This document shows, in pieces, positions 12,411 to 23,810 of a stretch of DNA of 51,939 bases. The notes under the pieces are model-generated. The model searched no databases. It was not told the origin of the DNA and worked only from the letters and a program-made list of their open reading frames with translations. Source of the DNA: Chiloscyllium plagiosum (Eukaryota); contig NC_057739.1 in NCBI RefSeq assembly GCF_004010195.1, positions 41,771,275 to 41,823,213 of the forward strand, in the 5' to 3' direction. A program made the translations under genes and the position numbers. Each line of letters begins with the position of its first letter. The stretch's first letter is position 1.

Positions 12411-13260
12411 TTGATGTTACAGTGTTAAAGCTGATATATAAAAGCAAGTTGCTGCTGTTAGAAATCCTTCCTAATTTTCATTTCTTTGGCAGAGATATGT
12501 AATAGGCAACTGAACTGATGCTTCTCACATTATGCTATTGCTCAAAGTCAACATTATTTTACCCCGTGAACAATCCAGGCACGTCCCTATATCCTACCCT
12601 AAAGGAGATCCTGAATAGTGTTAACAAGGCGAACAAGGAAAGGATGCTTTCCTTTGAATTAAGGGACAGTTTTAAAATTAGGAGTTACCCTTTCTGGACA
12701 CAGATGAGAGAAATTTTTTATTTCTCCCTCAGAGCATTATGTGACTTTGAAACTGTGTACCAGAAAATAGCAGAGACAGGGCCATTAAATATTTTAAGAC
12801 AGAGGAGGATAGATTCTTGCCAAACAGGAGAATCACATGTTACTGTGATAGCTGGGAATGTGGAATGTGACACACAAATAGATCAGTCATGATCTTCTCA
12901 GTTCGAGCCTGTCGCCTCATGGGGCGAAATGGTCTATGTATGTGTCTAGTTTGACTGTTGATACGTTTATGCAGAATAAAGAAGGGAACAAGGGGTAAGT
13001 TCACTGGTCACATCATATGGGATGCATCCATCAGGCAGCTCTAATCCATTTCCTAATTGCAGGACAAGATAGTAATGAATTGAGGGGCATGCTGCCTGGC
13101 CTGGCTTGGCCCTCTGACATGCTTCAGTCGTGCAGTACCCTACTTTTTAACCAAGAAATCTGGATGCTTCAAAGTGATTTTCCCGCATGCAATAGGATGA
13201 CAAAATAAAAAGCATAACAGCTTAAAACTGCAACATATCCAAAGACCAGCTTATACTTGC

Positions 13261-13436
13261 CTCAGGAAGATGAACATTGCCTTTCGATAAACCACTCCAT
13301 CAAGGTGGCTGTAGTATTCCAGAAATGGCTTAATGGAATCAATGAGCTCAGGGTTCATTTTGTCCATCTCATCAAAAATAAACAGTGACCGCTTACACAA
13401 GCTAACATTCCCACGAATCCAGTCCTGCAACTGTTG
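13261..13436 (-). CDS. TOR1: Torsin B exon 3 (GC donor)
   Basis: aattcag|CAA ... CTG AG|GCAAGT, 176 nt. [58 protein letters not shown], Walker B FIFDEMDK. Confidence 0.95.
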
Positions 13437-14454
13437 CTGAATTAATTCAAAATAGAAAATAAAAATTAAAACTGAATGTTTGCATCTAGTTAAGGCCAAA
13501 TGCCTTATTCTTTGAGTATCAGTTGTGTTGACAGCATCTTTCTTGGTAGCACCACATCTTCAACTACCTCTTTTAAAGTTCATGCTGCTGTCTTTATTTT
13601 TAACAATTCAGATAAAAGCTACAAATATTGATTTCAACTCATGAAATTCTTCCATAGAAATGCATGTGAATAGTTTAACTTAATATTTATGCAGGGTTAA
13701 ATAAAACCACCAAAGTGGGCCATTAGTGTCAAACATTACCACCACCTGTGGCTGCTTATAAAGGCATATCCTTAGCCAGATTGGAGATAATTGGCCAATT
13801 GTCGCACAAATCACATTGCTTAGTGACTGACATTGTTTATCCACAAGTGTTCTATATTTTCCTTAAGAAAACACCCAGTTTACAGTTTTGCCTATGTTTG
13901 CTGTAGTTTATATAGACTGTAGACTGACTGCTGTAGCACATTGTTTAAAAGCCTGTTGTGCTGAGTAAATACATTGATACAAATTACATTCCCTGCTCTG
14001 AACCCTGCCAAATGTCCCACCCTAATTCCAATTCATTGGCTGACATGTAGGGTGCTAGTAGAAATTCAGCTAACACGGAGACTCCTCTTCCCCCAAACAC
14101 AAGACCAAATACATGCTTCAGTCTTGTGGTATATTACTCTTGAACCAAGAAATTTGGATGCTTCAAAGTGATTTTCCCCACATGCAATAGGATGAGGCAA
14201 CATCACAAAGTATGAATTGCAATATGTGCTGTGAATGTTTGCATTCACAGAATTGTTTCATAAAGAATGTACTTCAATGAATTACCCAAAGTCTTGTCAA
14301 TGTAACAGAGCCATATATGATACAGAAGGGTGTCAGTAAGTCCATGATGGTTCTCTGTGGAGCAATCCAGATGTCCATTTCCACATTCTATCTACATAGC
14401 CCTGCAGGTTTATTATCTCTGGGTGTACATTCAACTTCCTTTTGAAATCCATCC

Positions 14455-16755
14455 CCTCTGGTAGACAAAGATGAGAGTGGTCCGAAGGGAAGAGTATCAA
14501 AAATGGGCCAAGGCCAATAATCTCAAAATTCAGCAGTAGCTGGGAAATGTGAATTGGGGGCAGCTATTTGAAGGGAAGTCCACATTTGATATGTGGGAGG
14601 CTTTCAAAGATAGGTTGAAGGTAGTGCAGGATAGGCATGTACCTTTGAAAACAAGGGATAGGAAAACATTGGATGACAGGAGGAATTGTGCAACGAGCCA
14701 AGAGGAAAAGGGAAACGTACATAAGGTCCAGACAGCTAAGAACAGAACGAGCCTTGGAGGAATATCGGAAGAGTAAGGACCAATCTTAAATGAGGAATCA
14801 AGCAGGCTAAAAGGGGTCATGAAATAACTTTAGTGAGCAGAATTAAGGAGAATCCCAAGGCTTTTATTCATATATAAGAGGCAAGAGGGTAACTAGAGAA
14901 AGGGTTGATCCACTAAAGGATAAGGAAGGAAGATTGTCTGTCGAACCAGAGAAAATGGGTGAGATTCTGAATGATTACTTTGCATCAGTGTTCACTGAGG
15001 AGACGGACATGATGAACGTTGAGATATAAGTTTGCTTACTCTGGATCATGTTGACATAGGAGGATGGATGTGTTGGGTAGGTGAAAGTATATTAAAGTGG
15101 ACAAATCCCCAGGACCTAGTTTGCTGAGGGAGGCGAGAGGAAATAGCTGGGGCCCTGACAGATATCCTTGTAGTATCCTTAAACATAGGTCAAGTGCCGG
15201 AGGATTGGAGAGTTGCTAATGTTGTCCCCCTGTACAAGATGGGTAGTAGGGATATTCCAGGTAACTACAGACCAGTGAGCCTATTGTCAGAGGTGGGGAA
15301 GTTGCTGGAGAAGGTACTGAGGGATAGGATCTATTTATATTTGGAAGAGAATGGGCTTATCACTAATAGGCAACATGGTTTTGTGCAGGGGAGATCGTGC
15401 CTTACCAACTTGAGAGTTCTTAGAGGAAGTGACCAAGTTGATAGATGAAGGAAGGGCTGTAGATGTCATATACATGGACTTTAGTAAGGCATTTGATTAG
15501 GTTCCCCATGGTAAACTAATGGGGAAAGTGAGGTCATATGGTGTGCAGGGTGTTCTAGCTAGGTGGATAAAGAATTGGTTGAGCAACAGGAAACAGAGTA
15601 GTAGTTGAAGGGAGTTTCTTGAAATGGAGAAAGATGACCAGTGGTGTTCCACAGGGATCAGTGCTGGGGCCACTGTTGTAGGTGGATAAAGAATTGGTTG
15701 AGCAACAGGAAACAGAGTAGTAGTTGAAGGGAGTTTCTTGAAATGGAGAAAGATGACCAGTGGTGTTCCACAGGGATCAGTGCTGGGGCCACTGTTGTTT
15801 GTGATATCCATAAATGATCTGGAAGAGGGCATTGATGGTCTGATCAGTATGTTTGCAGATGACACGAAGATTGGTGGAGTAGCAGAAAGCATAGGGGGCT
15901 GTCAAAGAATACAGGAGAATACAGATAGATTGGAGAGTTGGGTGGAGAAGTGGCAGATGGAGTTCAATCCAGGCAAATGTCAGGTGATGCATTTTGGGAA
16001 GTCTAATTCTAGAGCAAATTATACAGTAAACGGAAGAGACTTTGGAAAACTTGATGAGCAGAGAGATCTGGGAGCTCAGGTACCCTGAAGGTGGCTGCAC
16101 AGGTAGATAGTGTGGTCAAGGCGGCATATAGTATGCTTGCCTTCATTAGGGTATTGAGTATAAGAGCTAGCAGGTCATGTTAAATTGTACAAGACTCTGG
16201 TTCGGCTGCATTTAGAATACTTTGTACAGTTCTGGTCGCCACATTATCAAAAGGATGTGGACACTTTAGAGAGTGTGCACAGAAGGTTTACAAGAATGGT
16301 GCCTGGTATGGAAGGTTCTAGCTATGAAGAAAGGTTGAGTAGGTTAGGATTGTTTTCATTAGGAAAAAAGGAGACTGAGGGGGGACATGATTGAGGTCTA
16401 CAAAATCATGAAGGGTATAGACAGGGTGGATAGAGATAAGTTTTTCCCCAGGGTGAGGGATTCAATAACGAGAGATCACATGTTCAAGGTGAGTGGAGAA
16501 AAGTTTAAGAGGGATACACATGGAAAATACTTTACACAGAAGGTGTTAGGTGTCTGGAACACATTGCCAGCAGAGGTAGTAGAGGCAGACACAGTAGATT
16601 GATTTAAAGTACGTCTGGACCAATGCATGAGTAGGTGGGGAGCAGAGGGATACAGATCGTTAGGAATTGGGTGATAGGTTTAGACAGTGGATTTGGATTG
16701 GCTTGGAGGGCCGAAGGGCTTGTTCCTGAGCTGTAAATTTTCTTTGTTCTTTGTT
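14455..16755 (+). mobile_element. CR1 LINE, ~2.3 kb 5'-truncated and frameshifted ORF2
   Basis: PEDWRVANVVPLYK, NYRPVSL, QHGFVQGRSCLTNL, YMDFSKAFD, GVPQGSVLGP, FADD motifs. Confidence 0.95.
15560..15797 (+). repeat. 119-bp tandem duplication inside CR1
   Basis: 15560-15678 is repeated at 15679-15797. Confidence 0.92.
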
Positions 16756-17557
16756 TAGAGGCAGCAGGTTCCGGTTTGTGACCACTTGCTGCATTAAATG
16801 TTCTTCCTCACATCGCTTCTGCATCTCTCATTTGAAATCTTAGAACTATCTCCTCTAGTTCCTGGGCCAACAGCCAATGGGAACAGCCTTTCTTGGTCTA
16901 CTTTTTCTGACCGGTTATCATCTTCTACACTTCCATCAAATCTACCCTCCATCTACTTTGTTCCAGCACTTCTCCAAACTTTATAGTTAAAAGAAGACAG
17001 TCCTGAAAGGATTCTGTTGTGTCCCATTAGCATGCGGTTAACACACTGTATAATATGAATTGTGTTTGATAGACAGGGGAGCCCAAGATTATGGGGAGAT
17101 AGACAGGGAAGTGGAGCGCAAACAGATCAGCCATGATATTTTGAACAGTGGAGCAGGTTTGACTTGTCCAATGGTCTGTTCCTGAGTCCTAACTTTCTAT
17201 ACAGGATAAAACAAAACTGAAAAAAAATGGGGATAGAGAATATTCTTCATAATTGAAAGGTGCTACAAGTTTTAGGACAGGCAGTAACAGGATGCACGTT
17301 GTCACTTAAAATGTAGGCAGCAGTGCAGCACTATTTTGAATTCCAACATTGCTGAGCCAATGAAAAGCTTCAATTCAGTATTCTCAGAGTACAACTCAGC
17401 TGGATCAAGGTACATTATCTGGTTTGATAGGACCATAGAGAAGGAACCTTACTCTGTCTAACCCAAGCTGTACCTGCTCTGGGAAAAACCTGCTCTGATT
17501 TTGAATCCTGTACAAGTGATGCAAGAGTATGACAGAGAAAAACAAGTTGATAATTAC

Positions 17558-17823
17558 TATATACTTGCTGGTATGTTGAACATTGGGGAAGTGGTAAGAA
17601 GTCACAAATTTATGAACATATTTACTGTCCATTCCATTTTTATACAGGCTTTCAGCTATTATTCTACTGACAAAGCTTTTGCCAGTACCAGTCCAGCCGT
17701 GTAGAGAAAGGGTGAGAGGTTTCTTTGCATCCTTATTACTCAGGAAGCCTTCGATCGCCTTTGGAATCACATCCAATGCAATATGTTGCCCAAACAGCTG
17801 CTCCTTTAAGGAGGTTTCCAATC
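17558..17823 (-). CDS. TOR1: Torsin B exon 2
   Basis: aaaatag|GA TTG ... TAT ATA|GTAATT, 266 nt. LFGQHIA...KKPLTLSLHGWTGTGKSFVS...HFP, Walker A. Confidence 0.96.
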
Positions 17824-18461
17824 CTATTTTAAAAACAACCAGAAACAGATAAATACACACACAGGACACATGCAATACACAGCTACAGTCAGAGAAACAG
17901 TACAGCAGCTAAGTGTAAAAGTAATAGGGTCATGATAGTAGGGGATTTCAACCTCCCCAACATTAACTGGGGTAGTCAGTGTGAAAGTTTAGAGCGAGCA
18001 ATATTGTTAAAATGCATCTAGGACAGCTTTTAAAATCAGTAAATGGAAAGCCCTACAAAGGAGGAGGTAGTACTGAACTTAATTTTAAGACAAGAAAGGT
18101 GGGCAAGTGGTTGAAGCATCAATGGGGGAGCATTTTGCAAACAGCGATTATAAATTTGTTCAACTCAAAATTGTTATGGAAAAGAACAAGAACAGACAAG
18201 GGATAAAAATCAAAATCCTCAACTGGGTTCTCACCAATACAACAATTGGTGGATGTTAAATAATGACATAAGAATAGCATTAGATTACAGGAGAATATAC
18301 ACCGGCCGGTCAGATGGGCCAATCAATGGAAAACAGAATTCAATCCGGATAAATGTGAGCTGATGCATTTGGGCAGAACAAACAATGAATGTTACGACAC
18401 TGAGAAGCACTGAAGATCAGAGGGACATAGGTGTACATGTCCAACAGTTCCTTATGGTATC

Positions 18462-18551
18462 CTGAAGAAGGGCTTATGCCCGAAACGTCGATTCTCCTAT
18501 TCCTTGGATGCTGCCTGACCTGCTGCGCTTTTCCAGCAACACATTTTCAGC
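18462..18551 (+). mobile_element. 90-nt PLE mini-element (family A) beginning at the hammerhead core
   Basis: CTGAAGA-A-GGGC ttat GCCC-GAAA-CG-TC. 12-bp TSD ccttatggtatc at 18450-18461 and 18552-18563. Confidence 0.88.
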
Positions 18552-18997
18552 CCTTATGGTATCAAGACAGATAGACAAAGTGGTTAAGGAGACATAGGGG
18601 ATTCTTCCCTTTATTTGTCAAGGCATACAGTTTAAACTGTACAGTGCATTGCTGAACTGACATTAATGTGTACAGTTTTGGTTTCCTTATTTGAAACTAA
18701 AAATGTAATTGCATTAGCAGTTCAGAGATGGTTCACAACTCAGTTCTGGAGTGAAGCGCTTATGTTATGAGGAAAGTCTGACCACACGATGTCTTTATCC
18801 ATCGGAGTTTCAAAAAAAAAGAAACAAGGGTGACTTTATTGAAACTTAGAAGATCTCAAGGAGATGAGATAGGATGAACATCAGGAGGAACTTCACAGGA
18901 TAATGAGGTCTCTTTTTTAAAAAGAGAGTTGAGGAGAAATGTTTTTCTCTCAGACAGTCACCTTTCCAAGACGTCTTTAAATTTATTTGTGGGCGAG

Positions 18998-19539
18998 TGT
19001 TTTAAAAAATTCTCAAGGTCAGGTTCGTAGGAGAGTAGTCTGACACAGAACAAACGACCAAGAGGCGAGTCTGCTAGAATATGGGCATTTTATTCCCCGC
19101 AGCGTCGCCACAACCAGGTACATGCTTACAACGGGTCTGGCTTATACTCACTCTACATGTTACCGGAACTGGGAGCCGTCAGTTCTCGTAGAGCGGTTGC
19201 CAACAACCCACGCTCGGCGGTTAAACGTAACCCCGGAGCAGACTCACCGAACTGGAGACTTTTCCAGCTGATATACTCTTTTCCAGATATAAACATTCAT
19301 GTGAACAGCAGAGCAAGGCTAAAAAACACATTCCATTCTGGTTACATACAGATAAGAAGATTCACACGGGGAGGTGTGTAATAAGATTCACACGGGACTA
19401 AGCAACACCTCCATTCCGGTTAGATTCACACATGTATTGGGACATAATTTTTAACCGTTTCACCACATTCCACTGCTTGGCCCAATACATGTGTTACATT
19501 ATGATTCACACATGTATTGGGACATAATTTTACACCACA
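18998..19539 (-). mobile_element. Young solo LTR (542 bp)
   Basis: TG...CA termini, exact 5-bp TSD GCGAG (18993-97, 19540-44), minus-strand AATAAA 19089-94, internal U3-like repeats, CpG-rich. Confidence 0.88.
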
Positions 19540-19580
19540 GCGAGTGAAGTCAATTTTTGACAATGAACAGAGTCAAGGAT

Positions 19581-21220
19581 CTGGATGTAGGTTTGCTTGC
19601 TGAGCTGAAAGATTAGTTTTCAGACATTTCTTCACCATACCAGATAACATCTTCAGTGAGCCCCGGATGAAGCACTGGTGGTGTAGTCCACTTTCTATTT
19701 ATGGGTTTGGGTTTCCATGGGTTGGTGATGCCATTTCCTGTGGTGCCATCATTTCCTATGGTGATGACATTTCCTGTTCTTTTTCTCAGGGGGGTGGTAA
19801 ATGGGGTCTAACTCGATGTGTTTGTTGATAGAGTTCCGGTTGGAATGCCATGCTTCTCGGAATTCTCGTGCGTGTCTCTGTTTGGCTTGTCCTGGGATGG
19901 ATGTATTGTCCCAGTCAAAGTGATATTCTTTCTCATCGGTATGCAAGGATACTAGTGAAAGTGGGTCATGTCTTTTTGTAGCTAATTGATGCACATATAT
20001 CCTGGTGACTAGTGTTCTGCCAGTTTGTTCAATGTTGTGTTTGTTACAGTATTTGCAACAACAAAACCTACAGACAAACCAACAGAACACCCACAGGACC
20101 TCGGATATTAGGGTTCTTAACAGAGGCACGAACAAACAGCTCTGGCAAACATCCAACACAAACTTTGGGTCCGCTATGTGGATGACACCTTTGTCAACAC
20201 TAAACAAAACAAATTAGAGGAAACCTTCAAGACCATCAATAATACCCTTACTGGCATAAAATTCACTAAAGAGGAGAAAAACAACAATAAGCTGCCACTC
20301 TGAGATGTCACATTAGAGTGACCAGCCAATGGGGAACTTCAAACCAGCATCTACAAGAAAACAACACAAACAGACCAAATATTGAATTACAGAAGCAATC
20401 ATCCCATCACCCAGAAATGAACCTGCATTAGAACATTATTTCAACGAGCCACCACACAATGCAGCACAGAGAAGCTAAGAAGAGCAGAGGAAAATCAACT
20501 ATACAGTGTATTCAAAAAGAATGGGTACCCAATGAACACAGTCCGCCGATTTCTCAGCAACAAACCCAAACAAGCAGACAAAACACATCCAGAAACCCTA
20601 GCCACCCTCCCCTACATCAAAGACATCTCAGAAATGACTGTCAGACTACTCAGACCCCTTGGCATCATGGTAGCGCACAAACCCACCAACACGCTAAAAC
20701 AGCAGCTAATGAAGTTGAAAGACCCTATACAGACAACAAACAAAACTAATGTCATTTACAAAATACCTTGCAAAAACTGTAACAAACACTACATTGGACA
20801 AACAGGCAGAAAACTAGCCACCAAAATACATGATCAACTAGCCACAAAAAGACATGACCCATTCTCACTAAAGTATCCTTACATACAGATGGGGAAGGAC
20901 ACCACTTTGACTGGAACACATCTATCCTAGGACAAGTCAAACAGAGACATGGCATTCCAACTGGAACGCTATCAACTAACACATTGACTTAGATCCCATT
21001 TACCACCCCCTGAGAAAAAGAACAGGAAATGATATCACCACCCCAAGGAAACCCAAACATATAAACAGAAAGTAGGCTATACCACCAGTGCTTCAGCTGG
21101 AGGCTCACTGGAGAGGTTACCTAGTATGGCGATGAAACGTCTGAAAATGAACTTTCAGCTCAGCGAGCAAGCCTAAATCCAGAACTTCAAACTGAGCTAC
21201 AAATCTTCTCAAAACTTGCT
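19581..21220 (+). mobile_element. Penelope-like element (Poseidon-like) with an inverted copy of its 3' end
   Basis: RT RYVDDT, GIY-YIG VIYKIPCKNCNKHYIGQTGRKL. 19581-20056 is the inverted 3' end. 12-bp TSD agagtcaaggat (19569-80, 21221-32). Hammerhead motifs at 21105-21144(+) and 19620-19659(-). Confidence 0.92.
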
Positions 21221-21444
21221 AGAGTCAAGGATTACAGGGTAAGACATTAAAAGTGAAGTTGAGACCACAAACATCAGTCAAGAGTTGATTGAATGGTGCA
21301 GTAGGACCTAATACTGCTCCCTAGTCCTATTTTTGTTAATGGGATAAATATTGACAAGGACACCAGGGATAAAACTCTCTCCTGGCCAATTCCTCTTCAA
21401 TATACTGGCTGTGGATTATTAATCTGAGGAGGATCCAGAGCTTC

Positions 21445-22360
21445 TTTTTGATGTTCCATCCAAATGATAACATCTTTAACAATATGATTGAATAGAATGT
21501 AGGTGGTGTGCTTAGTAAGTTTGCAGAAGACACCAAAAGTGGTGGTGTAGTGAACAGTGAAGGTTGTTATCTCAGAGTACAGTGGGACCTTGATTAGATG
21601 GGCTGTGGGTCGAGGATTGGCAGGTGGAGTTTAATTTAGATAAATGTGAGGTGATGTATTTTAGTAGGACAAATCAGGGCAGGACTTATACAAGTAATGG
21701 TAGGGTCCTGGGAAGTGTTGCCAAACAAAAAGACCTGGGGATGCACATTCTTAGTTCTTTGAAGGTGGAGTCACAGGTAGACAGGGTAGTGAAGAAGGTT
21801 TTTGATACATTGGTCTTTATTAGTCAATGCATTGTGTATATGATTTGGGATGTTATGGCTGTGGCTATTCAGGACATTGATGAAGCTACCTTTGGAAATA
21901 TTGCATTCAATTCTGGTCTCCTTGCTATAGGAAAAGTCTTGTTAAACTTGAAAGGATTCAAAAAAGACTTAAAGATATTGCCAGGGTTGGAGGGTTTGAG
22001 CTATGGGGAAAAGGCTTAATAGGCTGGGGCTATTTTCCCTGGAGGCCGAGGGGTGATCTTATAGGGTGAATAGCCAAGGTCTTTTTCCCAGGGTAGGGGA
22101 GTCCAAAACTAGAGAGCACAGGTTTCAGATGAGGGGAAAGATATAAAAGGGACTCAAGGGGCAAGTCTTACATGCAGAGGGCGGTGTGTGTATGGAATAA
22201 ACTGCCAGAGGAAGTGGAGGAGGCTATTTTGACAACAATACTTAAAAAACATCTGGATGGGTACATGAGTAGAAAAGGTTTAGAGGGATATGGGCCAAAT
22301 ATTGGCAAATGGGACTAGATTGATTTAGGATATCTGTTCAGTATGAACAAGTTTCCGTGC
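21445..22360 (+). mobile_element. CR1 LINE 3' fragment within an old SINE
   Basis: KFAEDTK, EFNLDKCEVMYF, QVDRVVKK motifs and a CR1 tail. Confidence 0.88.
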
Positions 22361-22705
22361 TCTTCGCTACGAGGACACTAGAGTATGGTACCAAATAACC
22401 TCAACACTGGAGTGTCAGCCTTGATTTTTGTGCTCAAATTTTACAGTGGACCTGAACCCAGAACCTTGACTCAGAAATGAAACTGAAACTAACTAAGCCA
22501 CAGCTGTCATTCAGACAGTAAAAAAAACATATTTATTCTTTATATAGTTTCTGAACACTATCTATAGCATTTCATCAATGAAATTGATAAAAGGCCAACA
22601 AGAAACAAAGAAATCAGGCAAGATTTTAAAGTATAAGAAAAATAAACTAAAACATCCCAATGCAGTACCTCAGTATGACTCACTGATTTGGTATCTAATT
22701 GCAGA

Positions 22706-22861
22706 GGAGAAAGTGAGGTCTGCAGATGCTGGAGATCAAAGTTGAAACTTTATTGCTGGAACCGCTCATTCCTGAAGAAGGGCCTGTGCCCGAAACGTCG
22801 AATCTCCTGTTCCCTGGATGCTGCCTGACCTGCTGTGCTGTTCCAGCAATAAAGTTTCAAC
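22706..22861. mobile_element. Partly inverted PLE mini-element (family A)
   Basis: 14-bp TSD tatctaattgcaga, inverted arms gttgaaactttattgctggaa / ttccagcaataaagtttcaac. Confidence 0.88.
22768..22803 (+). ncRNA. Minimal hammerhead ribozyme motif (family A, best copy)
   Basis: ATTC-CTGAAGA-A-GGGC ctgt GCCC-GAAA-CG-TC-GAAT: stem I AUUC/GAAU, stem II GGGC/GCCC, ACGU palindrome, GUC site after 22799. Confidence 0.8.
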
Positions 22862-23267
22862 TATCTAATTGCAGACCCTAATTCTGCACTTCACTGCTAC
22901 CTAAATTACTCCAACCCAACATCTTATTTCATTCAATGCACACCCCTCCAATGATGTATTTCAATTTCTACTCTGTCTAACCCTGCCTCTACCACACAAT
23001 CCTGCACCTTGCCTCTCACCATCTCCCCCAGCCCTGGGCGCTCCATCTTACTTCTATCCCCAACTCTTCAACGTGTTCCACAACCTGAACCTCTGCCTTT
23101 CCTTAGTTTGTTAAAAGTCACACAACACCAGTTCATAGTCCAACAGGTTTATTTGGAAGCACTGGCTTTTGGAGCGCTGCCTTACTTTGACCTCCTTGTG
23201 CCTCAATTGTGCTCCTATTCCTAATCATACATCTCATTATCATTTCTTTCCCTCTCTCCCCCAAACT

Positions 23268-23428
23268 CTGCACTTTTTACCTGCTGGCCTTATACCTGGG
23301 TCTGAACCCTAACCTTGCACCTTTTACCTGCTGACCCCGTAATTAGCACTGACCCCTGTCTGTGCACATTTCACCTGCTGACCCTTAACTAGCTCTGACC
23401 CTTGACCCTGCACCTTTTACCTGCTGAC
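23268..23428 (-). repeat. Four degenerate GGTCAGCAGGTAAAAGGTGCA motifs at the start of torsin B intron 1
   Basis: Plus-strand tgcac(c/t)ttttacctgctg(a/g)cc-like motif recurs about every 45-50 bp. Confidence 0.75.
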
Positions 23429-23612
23429 CTTTGACATCCAGCGGTACCCAGGCCTTGGTGCAACATTCCTGAAAGCGACAGCTGAAATAATAATAGGCTG
23501 TAGAGGCAGCTCCGATCAAGACGGCGGAGGTCGTGAAGGGCTCCAACGCGGCGGTCAGTCTTACGGAAAGGGACAGGGCGAAAAACATCGTCACCCACCT
23601 CCCTGGCGCCAT
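23429..23612 (-). CDS. TOR1: Torsin B exon 1
   Basis: AAG ATG G context. MAPGRWVTMFFALSLSVRLTAALEPFTTSAVLIGAASTAYYYFSCRFQECCTKAWVPLDVK, 184 nt, phase-1 donor AAAG|GTCAGC matches exon 2. Confidence 0.92.
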
Positions 23613-23810
23613 CTTTCCAAGCGCGTACGGAAATGGAAACACGGAATATTTCCGCCCCGCGCGAATGGCGTGACTATACGTCACTACCGCCCCGCAGGTG
23701 GCGCCTCCGTTGCTCCCATTGGCTGTAGGCTGTACACGTGGTCGGTGGGGCGGGGCCAGTGGGAAGGTGTGAAGATGTTCAGGTGATCCCGCCGCCATAT
23801 TGTTCTTTAG
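23613..23810 (-). promoter_or_regulatory. CpG-island promoter of torsin B
   Basis: GC boxes (~23653, ~23688, ~23747), CRE-like TACGTCA ~23677, inverted CCAAT ~23718, CACGTG ~23734, YY1 GCCGCCATATTG ~23791. Confidence 0.75.

Larger units (their letters stand above)
17900..21335 (+). mobile_element. Old CR1/L2 fragments hosting three later insertions
   Basis: LINE motifs (EFNPDKCE.MHLG, VQFWFPY, GDFIET) resume across the insertions at 18462, 18998 and 19581. Confidence 0.7.

Noticed and set aside
14455-16755. Active LINE or domesticated RT gene
   Set aside because: 5'-truncated, with multiple frameshifts and stops.
8518-23612. Calling gene B TOR2A because of GKS, or a pseudogene because of the missing GT donor
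   Set aside because: Exon 3 and 5 sequences are TOR1-like, the GC donor has strong consensus, and the spliced frame is open for 338 aa.
23715-23742. ER-stress element (ERSE) in torsin promoters (also CCACG/CCAAT at ~298-311)
   Set aside because: Order and spacing do not match CCAAT-N9-CCACG or ATTGG-N-CCACG.
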